From: Bispira polyomma
Lineage: Eukaryota
Length of the DNA stretch: 64,000 nt
Assembly (NCBI GenBank): GCA_965649765.1
Contig: OZ287759.1
Coordinates: 11,966,001-12,030,000, forward strand
Direction: 5' to 3'
Position numbers and translations under genes: made by a program. Each line of letters starts with the position of its first letter. The first letter of the stretch is position 1. Below are positions 38,038-52,500 of the stretch, in pieces. The notes below the pieces were generated by a model. That model ran no database searches, was not told where the DNA came from, and saw only the letters and a program-made list of their open reading frames with translations.

Positions 38038-38224
38038 AAAGTAATTGCATATAATTATTGTAAAGTCATGTATCATAAGAAAAATTAAACTATCTATACT
38101 TATAAATGTATTTACATGCAGTGTATATGTATACATATAACTGCATGTAAATACATTTATAAGTATAGATAGTTTAATTTTTCTTATGATACATGACTTT
38201 ACAATAATTATATGCAATTACTTT
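38038..38224. repeat. Near-perfect 187-bp palindrome
   Basis: Arms of 94 and 93 bp centred at 38131/38132, with one extra base in the left arm. Confidence 0.92.
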
Positions 38225-39094
38225 TTAATCTATTATTTGTCATCAAATAGTATTAGACAGCAAAAAAGACCAGCATGCATTATTGTCTTAACTATTTGTA
38301 TGAATTGTATTGAAATTTTCTATATTGCTTCAACGAAAGCATGGTTCCTTACTGCAATAACTGTAAAGTATTTTCAAAATCTGCTTTGGTCATAATACAC
38401 ATCATAATTTTGGGTAATTCACAATTATTTGTAATCATTACACATAGGCTAAATCCTCTATAGATGGTCTGATCATAACCAAAGATTACATTATTAGACA
38501 AACATATTTTGAGACTTTTTACCCAAATATAATAGAGTCATTACTGCAGATTGACTCATATATCACTGTAGACCAAGTATTCTGCCACCAATAACAGCTT
38601 TTTAAACTGATGTATAGCTGATTGACGACATAGCAGCTTCCAAAAGCAAAACGTTAAAGAGATAGAATTTATTAAAAATAAACTCATCCCCTTATTCCTT
38701 AAAAGAGATATAGTAGCCGCTTTTCTGTTATTTAATGCTGATATGGTACATATCAATTAATATCAAATAAAAAATAAAACCACATATATTGGCACAACTC
38801 TGTCGGCCATTTTACGTCCCTCCAAATTAACACTGTTTTTGTAGCAGTATCCATTATGTCTCTCGTCAAAATAAGAACAAAAAATCTCGCTAAATCGGTC
38901 TAATATCACTTATATATGAAACTTAAGATTACCCTCTGGCACAAACCATATTCCTTTTGGAAGGTTTTTCAGGTTACATATATTTTCACCATATCAGAGA
39001 ATATGTATATTTACCATAGCAATGTCAGTCACCTCCACTAGTGCAAGCCATATTTAAACCTGTACAGTGCAATCTTCAAGAAACTTTATTTAAA

Positions 39095-39335
39095 CAGTAG
39101 GGCCTTGTAAAATGTATAACGTGTAAAGTAGGGCCCTGTAAAATGAATAACGTGTATAGTAGGGCTCTATAAAATGTATAACGTGTACAGTAGGGCCCTG
39201 TAAAATGTATAACGTGTACAGTAGGGCCCTGTAAAATGTATAACGTGTACAGTAGGGCCCTGTAAAATGTATAACGTGTACAGTAGGGCCCTGTAAAATG
39301 TATAACGTGTACAGTAGGGCCCTGTAAAATGTATA
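39095..39335 (-). repeat. Homogeneous 31-bp minisatellite, inverted relative of the intron-8 repeats
   Basis: Unit ACGTGTACAGTAGGGCCCTGTAAAATGTATA, ~7.5 copies. Confidence 0.93.
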
Positions 39336-39944
39336 GCATGCACAGTGTCAGTATGTCTCCAGAGGTCAATTGACGACCCTTTTTTGTGTAAGAAAGACTT
39401 AAACTTTGGTTTAGGATTCTTTGTAAAACAGTTAAAACAGGGTTGGTCAAAAGCCTAATTTAATCCTTTATGAACACTGCTTTCTATCTAACACTGTAGA
39501 TTAAAAACTATTCCCGATATCTTTTGGTTTGATCTAGCCCCCTCAAACTTAAACAATGTATTCCGATAAAGGTTGCTGCAACGACCCAGTTAGTTAGACG
39601 TACTTGTTTAACAATCGCTTTTCCCAAATCTGTGAGGACCGTGCTACAATTTCTACCATTTTAAAACATGGGACCATCTGTATAATCCTTGTCTTAGGTA
39701 CTGTGCAAATATATACTCTCATCTAGCATTTGTTTTCAAATATATACTTGGCATATACTATCGACATGCTTTCTGGGATGCTCAGCACTAACAATATAGC
39801 TGTTCGCTGATTGTAAAAACGGCAGCCAAGCAGCACCAACACAAGGTGGGGATTGAACCCAGGTCCTGCTACAATGTCAGTACAAGAATGTGGACCAAAT
39901 AATTCTAACTGTGACACCATTAGTACTCGAATCTCACACATTAA

Positions 39945-40181
39945 CCCTTTCGACACTCAAAAAAAAAACCCTATTGCGGGAAACTAAAAAAAACATTTCG
40001 GTTAATATGTTACAGATAGCTGGAGTCACTTACACCACAGACTACTTCGGACATTCAATAACGGCCTGTAAGGAAAATAACAATAATATTTATGTGGGTT
40101 TTGACTGCTTGCTGACAGACTTGGGTTGTGGAAATAACAAATGCTGGCATCTGCTAGCCGATAACATAGGGTTTGAAAGGG
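39945..40181. mobile_element. piggyBac-like MITE
   Basis: TTAA|CCCTTTC...GAAAGGG|TTAA. Confidence 0.7.
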
Positions 40182-40459
40182 TTAACTTGAATTCTCCACA
40201 AACACAATAGATATAGGTAAAGTCTATAGAAAGACCCTCTCATTCTCCTGGTCATAATTTTTTATAGGCCATAGCCTCACATAGTTCACTTGTGGTTGAG
40301 AAAATTGCATACAATTTACATATTCATAATGCAGTTATCGCCGGTTTATCAACACGAAGGTTGCCACCGAGAGATTTCATGGCATTTTGAAATACTTTGG
40401 GACTATGTGGCAGTGGTTATCGGTGTGACTCAGTGTTAACAGCTGTCAGTTGATGCGTA

Positions 40460-40500
40460 CTTTATAAGGGCCGCCTCACTGACTCAGATACCTGACTCCG
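40460..40500 (+). promoter_or_regulatory. Candidate TATA box/core promoter of paralogue C
   Basis: TTTATAAGG at 40461, ~55 bp upstream of the predicted ATG at 40518. Confidence 0.4.
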
Positions 40501-40517
40501 CATACAGCTGGTTAAGA

Positions 40518-43500
40518 ATGAACAGCATGGGGGCTCTCAAACTTATCTGCTGTAAGTAGTTTTTAACTTTCTACCTTTTGTTGTTGTTAATGAAACATGT
40601 TTTTTTATGAAGAGGCTTAAATGAGTCTTTAAAGTTTTTATTTATGTAAATGGCAAAAAAAGGTGTAAGTTATTGAAACAAGCTGATAAATTACTCAGAA
40701 AGTAGAGCAGTTGGCAAATTAACATAGAAGAGGGTAAAATATCGAAATTAATGGACAAGTTTTAAAAAAAGGCATATTTTTTTTAATTTATATCAACAAT
40801 ACTTTGTAATGTTGTATGTTGGTATATTAAATTAAATAAATAAACTGTGAAATAACACTTACAGTTAAGTACAAATGCTTCTTCCCATTCCTAGCATTCA
40901 TTATAAATATATATATTTTACTCCTTCACTGATGCTTTAGATCAGTGTCTGAGTAATATGGAGATGATAAAATTGTGTTACCTACTATATTCACTGTGAT
41001 TTCCACATTGCAGTTTTGCTTATTTTTTTACGTAACCCATATATTGCAGTAAGGAAAACTACATTGGTGTATATTCATGCATTGCTTTATGTTGAATATT
41101 TACACACAAAAAACCTGTGTTCACTGTTCAATGTTTACATTTTAATTCCCCAAAAATATAGAAATATGGTCCATGTCGCAATTGCCATATTCGTAGTAGA
41201 TTCTTTTTAATCATAACTATATAATCATTTCATCTATAGGGTTTATTGAAATTTGTATTTATTGTTCAAAATATATATGAAATGTCACACGATATGTCAG
41301 TTAATTTATATTTTAATAGATGTTGTTTGCATATATCTGTATTTCCATACATTAATCTGATACATCTAAGAAAACCTTTCTGACTGTATTTGTGGATTGT
41401 AATTTGTGCCATACTTAAAGCATATTTGTATCCACCGAAAAAACTCCTGTGGATACTATGGATTAGGCATCGTTACTCCACTGCCACGTCAGTGTGTGTA
41501 GAGATTTTACTGTTACCGCTCTCCTGGGAAAAGTTTTACACCTAGGCTCCTGAAATTTACAGGAAATGTTTTCTTTATTACAAAAGCTTGTCTAGGAGTA
41601 AATTTGACCTCATTTTGAAAAAACAAGATGGCCGCCATGGGTGGTTCTTTGATAATAATCAGGCTTTTAACTGTCTGTTTCTCAGCTGTAGAAGGTTACA
41701 TCTCTTTACGGGTGATATTTTAAATGGATATATATGTCATGTATAAGCATGCAGACATACAACCTTGAATCTCCTCATTCAAGGTTATCCACAGAGTGCC
41801 AAAGTACCGCAATTGACAGATTTGGGCCAAACTTTCCCAAAGTACCTATATCTCGCTTAATATTTGTCTTAGAGGTTTGGGATCTGAAACCAACCTATAG
41901 AAAAATCATGACCAAGGAATCTTTTGATGTGCTGAGATTTGACCCTGGGTCTTTCCTTCAAGGTCAAACAGGGATGGCCAAACCTAAAAGTGTCTATATC
42001 TCGTTTATTTTTGGTCAAAAAGGTTTTGGCTGTGAAACTAACCTATAGGAATTCATAGCCTGAGAATCTTTTGATGTGGTCTCATTTGACCTTGTGCCCC
42101 TTGTTCAAGGTCAAATGCGGATGGCCAAACTTTAAAATGCCAATATCTCACTTATCATTGGTCCCAGAGGTTTGGAGTGCCAAACCAACCTATAGTAAAT
42201 CATGGGCTGGTAATCTTTCGCTGTGCTGAGATTTAACCTTCGATCCCTCATGCAAGGTCAAACGGGTAGGCCAAACTTTAAAGTGCCCATCTCACACTTA
42301 TTATTGCTCCCACAGGTTTACACTTGTGCCATTTAAGGCTTTAGCATAAATGCCCCTTAGGAAATCATAGGCCTCTAGCTTCGGTGCTACCTGGGGTGCT
42401 TGCTACCTAGGGTGCTTTGTCTTTCTGGTGGATACAAATATGCATTGGTTCTCCGATGCGCTAAGGAGGTCCTCAGTGGCCGAGTGGTTAGCAAGTTTGG
42501 CATCTAATCACAGCCTGTCACCTCTATGTGGGTTCGCCTCCTACAAGTGACAAATGCTGTGGGCCTGTCCCAATATGACCCTGGCTGTTGAACAGGACGT
42601 AAAACCCTAAACTTTGACTTTTCTGATGCGCTGTGTCTAGTTTATAATTGTTTTGCCATTAGACATTTTCTCCTCAGAAAAAAATAATCATCGATTAATA
42701 TATTCCTTGGCGACGTCATTCCATCATTTGAGCATATAACAGATTTTTATATTATATAATGTCATATTATTGTATTGCGTACATTGAGGTGACAAAAGAC
42801 TGATTGGGAATGTTATCAGGCTAATATGCATTGTGTTCACTTGAAAAATTAAGAGCTTAAAAACAGTGACTTTCGATTTCATGTGGCTTAACAGCTTTGG
42901 TCATATTCCGACGGCCAGCATTAGTGGAGAGGGAAACCAGTGCTGAAGCACTCCAAACCACCAACCAACGGCAAGTACCTGACAAACTTTCTCACATGAA
43001 TAAGAAATCTGTGGGATTCAAGAGGGGGGAGGCCAGTGATTTTAAAGCAAACGCTTATAACCACAAAGCCACTGTGGCCCTTTAAAAACAGTGATCAGTA
43101 GATCTGAGAGATTTTTGAATATAGGTATATCTAACATGAGAGAACTTTAATGTATTGGAAGGGCAGTGGTGCTTAGAAGTGCCTGCTACACACCATCACT
43201 GGCCTTTCACTTATGAGGGCTTGAATCCTGTTAATTTCTTCATGTCGGACAAGTTTGTCACGTACTTGTCAATGATTTACAATGATTTACAGTGGCTTCA
43301 GCAATGGTTTCTACTATTACTGTATTGAATGTGGTATGTAAAATAGAAAAATGCCCTTAATTTTTGAGGAAATATTTTTCCCACTTTTTTAACGATATGC
43401 TTCCCCAGCGTAGGTATGCCGTCCACTGGGGGGGGGCTCTATTCTGTATTGTATTGTATTGTATGGTTTTTTTCAGTGATACTGTTGACAGTGGCTGGGA

Positions 43501-46500
43501 AGACAACAGGTAAAGTGTGTGTCACGTCAATGATGAGTAATCTTGTGATAACAACTTGCCTTTAGTGCTATAGAGAGACTCATCGCTGGTTTGACCTCAA
43601 GATAAACTGCATTACAAAACATCATGTACACCGGCTGGCAAATTGTCAGTGTCTTCAAATGAGAAGAAAAACGTCACCTTGAGATAAATCTTCTTATCAG
43701 TGTTTTAGTACCGAGAATTTTAGATACAGAACTCAGTAATTGTGTTGTATTTACAGACTAAATGTTTGATAGCTACACTTCGCAATCCACCATATTTTAG
43801 TAGTACCAAGCACTTTGATACACAGTTTTCATAGTTTTAGATTATTCTCCACCTATTATAAACATTTTTAGACACCCTGTGCAGAGAGGAAAAATGCAAC
43901 CCTCTCACACTGGGATTTTACAAATAACTGCTCTTACCAGGGTAGCCTATCTTTACACACCATGAAGTAAAACAATTGTAGCAGCAACAAACATGTATAG
44001 CATTGGTACTAGTAAGGAAAAAAATATTGACAGATCACTAGCAATCTACAATTAGGCCTTGCATAAATATTCATTGTATCTGTCTGTTTCCTTGCTTCCT
44101 ATTTATAGCTGATAGTTAACAGTTTTAAATGTATTATTAAATGAGAAATTGTTACGGACGTATTAATGGTACACAGCTGTGATACACAATATATGTACAT
44201 AAGCATTAAAGGTAGTCGTCATAAAAATGAGTTGTGTAACATAATTACTGAAAGCAGTCGCACATCAGCACTTGCATCAACAAGCATTCTTTTAGTTGAT
44301 TTTTTGAATTGGGATATTTAACATCCACTCTAGTACCTGTTTAGGTTATATTGGGACGGGTAGTTGAAAACGCTGGAGGAAACACTGCATACAGTTGATT
44401 AAGGTTTTGCACTGAAACCAGCGGCCCGCAGTAAGGGTGATGAGTAATCTTGTGATAAGAACTTGCCTTTAGTGCTATAGAGAGACTCATCGCTGGTTTG
44501 ACCTCAAGATAAACTGCATTACAAAACATCACGTACACCGGCTGGCAAATTGTCAGTGTCTTCAAATGAGAAGAAAAACGTCAACTTGAGATAAATCTTC
44601 TTATCAGAGTTTTAGTACCGAGAATTTCCCACACAGGCATCGACAGGATTCGAACTCACGCCGCCCAGAGGTGAGAGACCAGTGATTGTGAAGCTCAATG
44701 CTTGCTAACCACTAGGCCACCGCGGCCCCAGCATTCTTTTAGATAAGCTAAGCAATCTCTTGTGCATCTGTTTTATAACGATGAAGTCACCTAACGGCTA
44801 CTTGCATTTAGTAAAAAGTAAAATAAATTTCACATTGCAAATAGATCCATCAAAGCGACAAGCATTCTTACATTGCAAATTTTAAATTGTTAAGTTTAAA
44901 CCAGTAAATTAGATATGTGCCAAGTAAAGCCCCGGTCCCACCGGATTTACGTGGAGTTATGAACGTCCCTTTTGGCCTTGCAATGTGATGCAAAACTCCA
45001 TGCAAATGCCGTCCTAATGTTTGTTTACCTAATTATTTGCATGACCATTGCAAGATGTAGTGTAATAATGATATGTAACTATGTGTGACTGTGCGTAGTA
45101 CACAAATAAACCACGCTGCATCATTTGCGAATTGCCAATTGCCAATTGTTGAACAGTTCAAATTTCTTGCGTACCATCTCTCACGCAAGGTTAAGTACAT
45201 CCATGCTAACTAACTTAATTTTTTACATGAGAACTAACTGTGTTACAGCCACCTCAGAAGGCAAGAGTTTTGTCTTTGCATTTTCTCAAATACGGTCTGA
45301 CTTTCTGGAGGGGGAATGTGTGATCTATATCAATTCTAAGTTGGGCACAAATGCAACACTGACTGATCCTGATGGTGCCAGCCAGATGTTCTCCATACAG
45401 GCCAATGTCACATATAGTACCTCCTATAGTTATACGTACAGGGTAAGTGAAGGGGTACAAACAAAAGGGTTTTTGATAGAAGCGGTTGGTGACGTCTCCG
45501 TGATGCTGTCTAATTACAGAGACGATAACCATCTGGACACCATCCTAGTGCCTCCTGTTACCGTAGATAGCCAGGAGTACACAGTCATCACCTACCCAGC
45601 CAGCAACGACATCACCTGCATCTCTAGTGCCACCTGTGCTTTCTTTACCGTAACCGCCTATCAGGATGACACAGAGGTCAATGTGTACAAAATGGTGGAT
45701 GGCACTTCTCTGCTGCTGCAAACAGAAACCCTGCAACAGCAACAGGTTCTTACCAACCGGACCACAAATATTGCTGGTGATCGAAACTACGACTTTACTG
45801 GTTATTACATCACTGCTAATAATTCTGTGTCAGTAGCTGCCGGTAATCCTTGTGCAGACACTAACCCTCAAGAAGTGGCTAGCCAAATCTGGGCTACCAT
45901 GCCATTAGACCAGCAAGCAGGAACTACGCATATCTCCCACACTTTAAACTACAACGACTATTATGGTCCGACAATTGTCAGAATCATGGCCTTGGCCGAT
46001 AGCACACTAGTGACCTATGGCGGAAGTGAAACTGTGATTAACTACAAAGGAGAGTTCCTAGAGTACACCCTGACATCAGATGAGAGCGATGTATTTGAGT
46101 GTGACAAACCATGCCGGGCCGCTCAGTACAGTACAAACGTTGCAATCAATCCATCAGGCAGCGCCATCTTTATGGTTGTATTAGCACCGACCGACAGCTT
46201 TGGTCATGACGTTGTGTACACAAGACCTGACGTGGGCGGTTCTACTAGTATGGTAGATTATATGAGCATAGTCTACTTGACTGAGACACCAGAGGACTCA
46301 CCAGTGTATAATGATGGGGTTGCACTCACGGGGTGGACAGTATACGCAGGGCAGGGATTCTCAAGTGTAGAACTAGAGATTTCTGGTTCGAGAGAAGTCT
46401 TTCATACCCTAACAACCGCTTCAAGCAACCCTGGCTTTTCTGCACTTATACATGGCCAGGCCAATGAAGGCAGAGGGTTTGGTTTTATTGCTGGCTTTGG

Positions 46501-49500
46501 TAAGTGAAAAAGACTAAACTTGTTCAGTAATCACGATACTCAGAATATGCAAATATAGTCTAGTTTAACATTAACAATAAAAATTGACAGCACACAGTAT
46601 CTTGTCAGTATATTAATGTAGGAATGCTATCATGCTATAGGTACTTCTGGGGATGATTCTCCAGCACCGATCAGGCCTAACCCCCAGTACAGGATTGCAA
46701 TGACTGGAGATTTCCACAGTGCTGATGGTATGGACTTTACACTCACCTGTACAGACAACTACAGTACAGAAATGAATGACGTGGCGGCATCCATGATTAT
46801 AAAGGTGGGTGTATCTGAAAGCATTCCATTTCAAATGACTGCTATTGCACGGTATATTTATATGTATATATCTAGCATTTGATTCATATTGTAAGGTGAT
46901 TTAAATGTTTAGCCAGGTAAATGAATGTATGGGCTATACACTGAGGAATATGCTGCATTTTCTGGTTTTACATTGTAATGTGAGGACATTGCAATCTGTA
47001 TATTGCCAGTGTGTCACTCCTTTTATTCCGGCATCATCTTAGATACGACCACCTACCGGAATAGGACATTACAATACTTGAATACGATAATGATAGATGT
47101 GCTTTATAATTCACTTTAATAGAGATTAACCGTTACAAAAGTTAGCTTAGATTAGATGACACAATGAGTAATTTTAGGAGGGTTCTTGTATATATTTTAA
47201 GATTGGAGGGGGTTCTTGTTTTTATTTCGGTCAATGATGTCACCTATTACACAATGTGCAGTGCTATGAATTAGGTTTTTGTTTACATTAAGGCCAATGG
47301 TGTCACACCTTACACACTGTAATACTGTAATTCTATGAGAAAGGGGCTGTTTTCATTAAGGCCAATAATACCACTGCTTACACACTGTGCAATGCTAAGA
47401 ATTGGGTTCTTGTTACTCTTTATGCCAATGGTGTCACTCCACACTGTGTAATGCTCTATATTGGGTTCTTGTTTGCATTAAGGTCAATGGTGTCACTCCT
47501 TCCACACTGTGTAGGGGGTCGCAGTGGCCTAGTGGTTAGCAAGCATTGCTCTACACAATCACTGGTCTCTCATCTCTGGGTGGCGTGAGTTCGAATCCGG
47601 TTGATGCCTTTGTGGGACAGGTGGTAGTTCCTTACTGTGGGCCGCTGGTTTCAATGCAGAACCTTGATCAACTGTATGCAGCGTTTCCTCCAGCATTTCC
47701 AACTACCCATCCAAATATAACCTAAACAGGTACTAGAGTGGACGTTAAATATCCAAATTCAAATTCCACACTGTGTAATGCTCTATATTGGGTTTTTGTT
47801 TACATTTATGTCAATGGTGTCACTCCTTACACACTGTGTAATGCTGTGGGGGGTTCTTGTTTATCTTTAGGTCAATGGATTGATTGGCTCTTCCCTCTGC
47901 AGCACACATACCACAAGTCAGATTCAGCTTCTGACAGTGTCAACTCCATTTGTGACTAATGGAAACCAGGTAACATGACACGGCTGTGTCCGTTATTCTC
48001 ATTGGCTGAAAGCCTCGGTAAAAATAACTGTATACACATAGAAAGAAATTTCGTCTGCAGTGTATTGCTGCCCAGTGGATATAGTTCCTTCAATAACGTA
48101 ATTTTGCAGTAAAAAAGCTTGAATCAGGTAATAATTTTATTTTGTCATATTGGAATAGGAAGAACACATTCCAAAACCTGATACAAGGTAAATTTTGAGT
48201 TGCTGCGCCTCTGATTGTAATAAAAATTACTGCATATCATGCTTTGTTATGTATTATTCCTTAAGTGACGAAACAAACAACTTCTTTTATTATGGGCTAT
48301 ATTCGGATATTTGTCAGAACATTCCATCTCTTAATTAAGGGACACAGTGTTGATTTGAGATGTACTCTGGTCATTTGTTCAGATTCTATTATTCTTTTGT
48401 ATGCTTGTCATCCAGCAACCAAAGTTTTTCTGTGTAAAATACTAAGTTGTTGTCTATGGCTATTGTTTTAAAGTATGAGAGTATATGCCTTTCTGAACAT
48501 TGGTTCAACAAATTTTCATACTTTTGTCAGCCACTCTTTGCTATACAGAGGGGCCGCGGTGGCTTAGTGGTTAGAAACACCTGCTTCTCAATTATTAGCC
48601 TCTTAACAATGTGGATTTAAATCCTGTTTGTTCCTTCTAGTAGGAACATTTGTCAGGTACTTGCTAAGGGTCAGTGGTTTACAGTGGCTTCAGCACTGGT
48701 TTCTTTCACCATAATTAAACTTGGCTGCCTTGATATGACCCAAGTTGTTAAAAGCGACATAAATTTCAATTTTAAATTCCAATTCGATTGGTGTTTGATA
48801 GGGTTCGACTGAGCTGAGATTCATCATGAAGGTCAATCTGACAACTATCACCCAGGACCAAGTGCTGACCTGTGGGGACGAGGTTGGAGTGTATTTACGG
48901 GACCATGCTAACTGGATAAATCCTATTCTCCCTCATCTACCTAACTGCCCAGAAGTCGTCTTTAACTCTCAGATGTTCAATGACTCAGGGCTGGATTGGA
49001 TTTGTTTCAACAGTCTGAAAGGTTGTATGCGCATTCAGATTAATATACTCGGCCCATATATCTACATCCATCTGGTATTCAGAGCACTAATCAACCATTT
49101 CCTGACTGCAACAGTCAACTGCATTAGTTACTGTTATTCCCCTAACTGAAGAGAGAGGCTTAAGGATGACAATTTACCAATTTACCAAGGATCTTTAGCC
49201 AATCACTGGGTCATATCAGACCGCCATTTGAAGTGGTCATGTGAGCCACCAGGCAAACACGTGTACAAATTAACATATAGTGTGAAATGCACAAATACTT
49301 ATACATAATAGCATATATATCTCTGTCTGATCCTTTTTTCAAATGTCCAACGGTAGGTGCATGTTTTTATTACTTTGGTTCTGTTAATACTCTATTACTG
49401 AAATTGTTTATATAATAATGATTGAAGCATTTATATAGTGATAAATTAATTTTAAAAAAAAAACATCATCTAAGGCGCTAAATAAACCACTTATATCATC

Positions 49501-52500
49501 TTCACATTTCCCATAAATGACTCTTCCTATGCTTGTGCTAATGCCCTTGTTAGCAGGTTTTCTGACTACTGCAGCTTCCTACTTTTGAGACTTAAAAAGG
49601 TCTAAATTTAAATATTCAGAACAATGTGTATACAGTCATTTGTTGTGCCAGTCACCGCACCAGTAACAACCCTACATCTCAAAGAGTGTCATTGGTTGCT
49701 TGTTAAGTATCAAATTATTTTCAAGGCTAATGTTACCAAATTTAAAGCTGTTCATTTTTGTTAAGTACTCATAGCAGTAGAACAGATTGTCCATCTCCAA
49801 TATTATGACCTCACAATTAGTCTACCCACAGAAGTCAGTTTACAAAGGTCTATCAGGGTTTACAAATTAAACTGAAAAAGATCCTGACAGACTATCAACC
49901 TGGCGCTGTAAATCAATGACTACTGTACTTCGGAAGATGTTTGATATAAATAGCTATATTACTATTACCCTATTGTTTGTTAGATATTGTAAGATCTGTG
50001 TATATCAGAGCATTAAACACTCAGGCTGTCAGGATTTTCCCCTTTAGCTCAACTGTTAGTGTACTCAGCTCTTACTCTCAGATCCATGACAACCCAGAAT
50101 CGTATCCAAGCAGTAACAAATCTTTTTCAGCAGAACCAAGCTATTTAGGTTGTTTACAATATGTAATTTCAATTACCACAGTATTGTATTTCAGACAAGG
50201 TGCGTGGGGAGATTCCTGCTAGAAAGTTACAGACCACTTTGAAATATACAGTGAGCCATGGTGGTTTGTTCAGCACAGTAGATGGCAGTGTCCTGACCCC
50301 AGGCTGTGTATCTGACTACAACGATGTCTTTGACCAGAGTACCTTCGGCCAGGTAGGTACTATGACCAGAGTAATTTGTGAGAGGTAGGTACCATGATCA
50401 GAGTTGCTTGTAATCGATTATTACAATGGACAGAGTATCAAGTAATAGTTAGGTACAATAACCAGAGTACCTTGTATTAGGTACGTACCATGATCAGAGT
50501 ACCTTGTAATAGGTATGTACAATGACCAGAGTACCTTGTAAGAGGTTAATACAGTGGTCAGAGTATTTTAGAATAGATATTTATAAGGGAATCTGTTAAC
50601 TGTAGATACAGGTGGGGGCAGTACAAAGTTATAGGTTGGTATACTTCCTCCTTTTTTAGATATCAGCGTCGTATAGGATGTTTTCATCATTTGGCGCTCT
50701 ATAAATGTTTCAATTATTATCAGTCAATGAATCGTCTAATAAGTACTTACAATGGCCAGGGAAAGGCATAAAAGATAGATATTCTTCTAAAATTAGGAAG
50801 GTACAGCAACGAAAGATACCTTCCCTTATATTATAATTAACCCTGCATAACATGTGTAGTTCTGAGGAAATACAAATACTGTAATATTAGCTGTTATCCA
50901 TGCCACAAGCACACATTCGACAGTGGGTTCTAGAGCTGAGGGCATACACATGTATTTTATAAGGTCACTACCAACAATATTAACCTACAATACTACTACT
51001 CAGCCCGTTAAATATAGTTTTGTATTAATGTTATAGATGGGTCGGGTGGCTATTTGATGACAGATCATTGTTTCTTCGAATATAACAATGTCTGTTAACT
51101 GCAGAACAGTAAACTGGAATTAAGGAATTAAATCTGACCGTGTTTAGAATTATCAGACCCAGTAGACAGAAATCAAGGGGTTAAATCAGGTAGTATTTAT
51201 TAATAGCATACCTATTAGACAGGAATTAACGGGTTTATACAGGGAGTAGTTAGAAATAGCAGACAGAGTAGACAGTAATGAAGGGATTAAATCAGGCAGC
51301 AGTTAGAAATAGCTGACCTATAAGACAGGAATAGGGGGGTTAAATTAGGCAGCAGTTAGAAATAGCAGACCTATAAGACACGAATGAAGGGGTTAAATCA
51401 GGCAGCAGTTAGGAATAGCCGACATAGTGGACAGGAATAAAGGGGTTAAATCAGGCAGCAGTTAGAAATAGCTGACCTATAAGACAGAAATAAAGGGGTT
51501 AAATCAGGCAGCAGTTTTAAATAACAGACCTATAAGACAGAAATAAAGGGGTTAAATCAGGCAGCAGTTTGGAATAGCAGACCTATAAGACAAAAATAAA
51601 GGGGGTAAATCAGGCAGCAGTTAGAAATAGCTGACCTATAAGACAAAAATAAAGGGGTTAAATCAGGCAGCAGTTATGAATAGCAGACATAGTAGACAGG
51701 AATGAAGGGGTTAAATCAGGCAGCAGTTAGGAATAGCAGACACAGTAGACAGGAATGAAAGGGTTAAATCAGGCAGCAGTTAGAAATAGCTGACCTATAA
51801 GACAGAAATAAAGGGGTTAAATCAGGCAGCAGTTATGAATAGCATAGTAGACAGAAATAAAGGGGTTAAATCAGGTCATAGTAAATAACAGCAGAACCAG
51901 TAGAATGGAAGCCAGGGGTTAAATCAGGCCATAGTTATAAACAGCAGACCAAGTAGAATAGAATACAGGGGTTAAATCAGGCATCAGTTAGAAATAGCAG
52001 ACCTGAATGTCTATTCTAGAAGGCTTCAATGCTTTTTTGTTTGACCAAATCTTCCACTATGATTTTTAGGTTCAAAACGTCAATGGTCAGATCAGTACAG
52101 GTGCCATGTGTGCTGATACAGGAGTAACGATCGAAACAGCCACCGCTTCTCTGACAGCTCAGGGCGGTCAGGTACAGTTTAAGAAATACTAACCCTATAA
52201 TTTTTTGATGTTTTTCCTGATCTTGATATAGTTTAAATGGACATTTTATGTTTCCCCCGGTGCTAACAATCTTTACTGGAAAAGAGGATAAATTTGCCTC
52301 AAGCATCTTACAGTCTCTTGTATAAGACATGCCTCAAAGGATGGCAGCAATTATGCAGGCCAGAGGATTTTGCACAAAATACTGAACTTTTTTAACTTAG
52401 GTTTACTGTCATTCACTTTCTTTAATTAAATGTCCTTGTAGTTAACTATAACTGTGACAACTACAGTGTTGAAGAAAATGTCCAAAATGACGAAAAAATG

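Larger units (their letters stand above)
30186..38640 (+). repeat. Segmental duplication copy B
   Basis: High nucleotide similarity to copy A across upstream DNA, introns and 3' flank. Confidence 0.88.

Noticed and set aside
39076-39450. 124-aa repetitive ORF
   Set aside because: Artefact of the 31-bp tandem repeat.
47514-47600. tRNA genes
   Set aside because: The A/B-box heads belong to SINEs with tails and TSDs; no intact cloverleaf is evident.
51140-52005. CRISPR-like regularly spaced repeats
   Set aside because: The intervening segments are near-identical rather than unique spacers, there are no cas genes, and the context is a eukaryotic intron.
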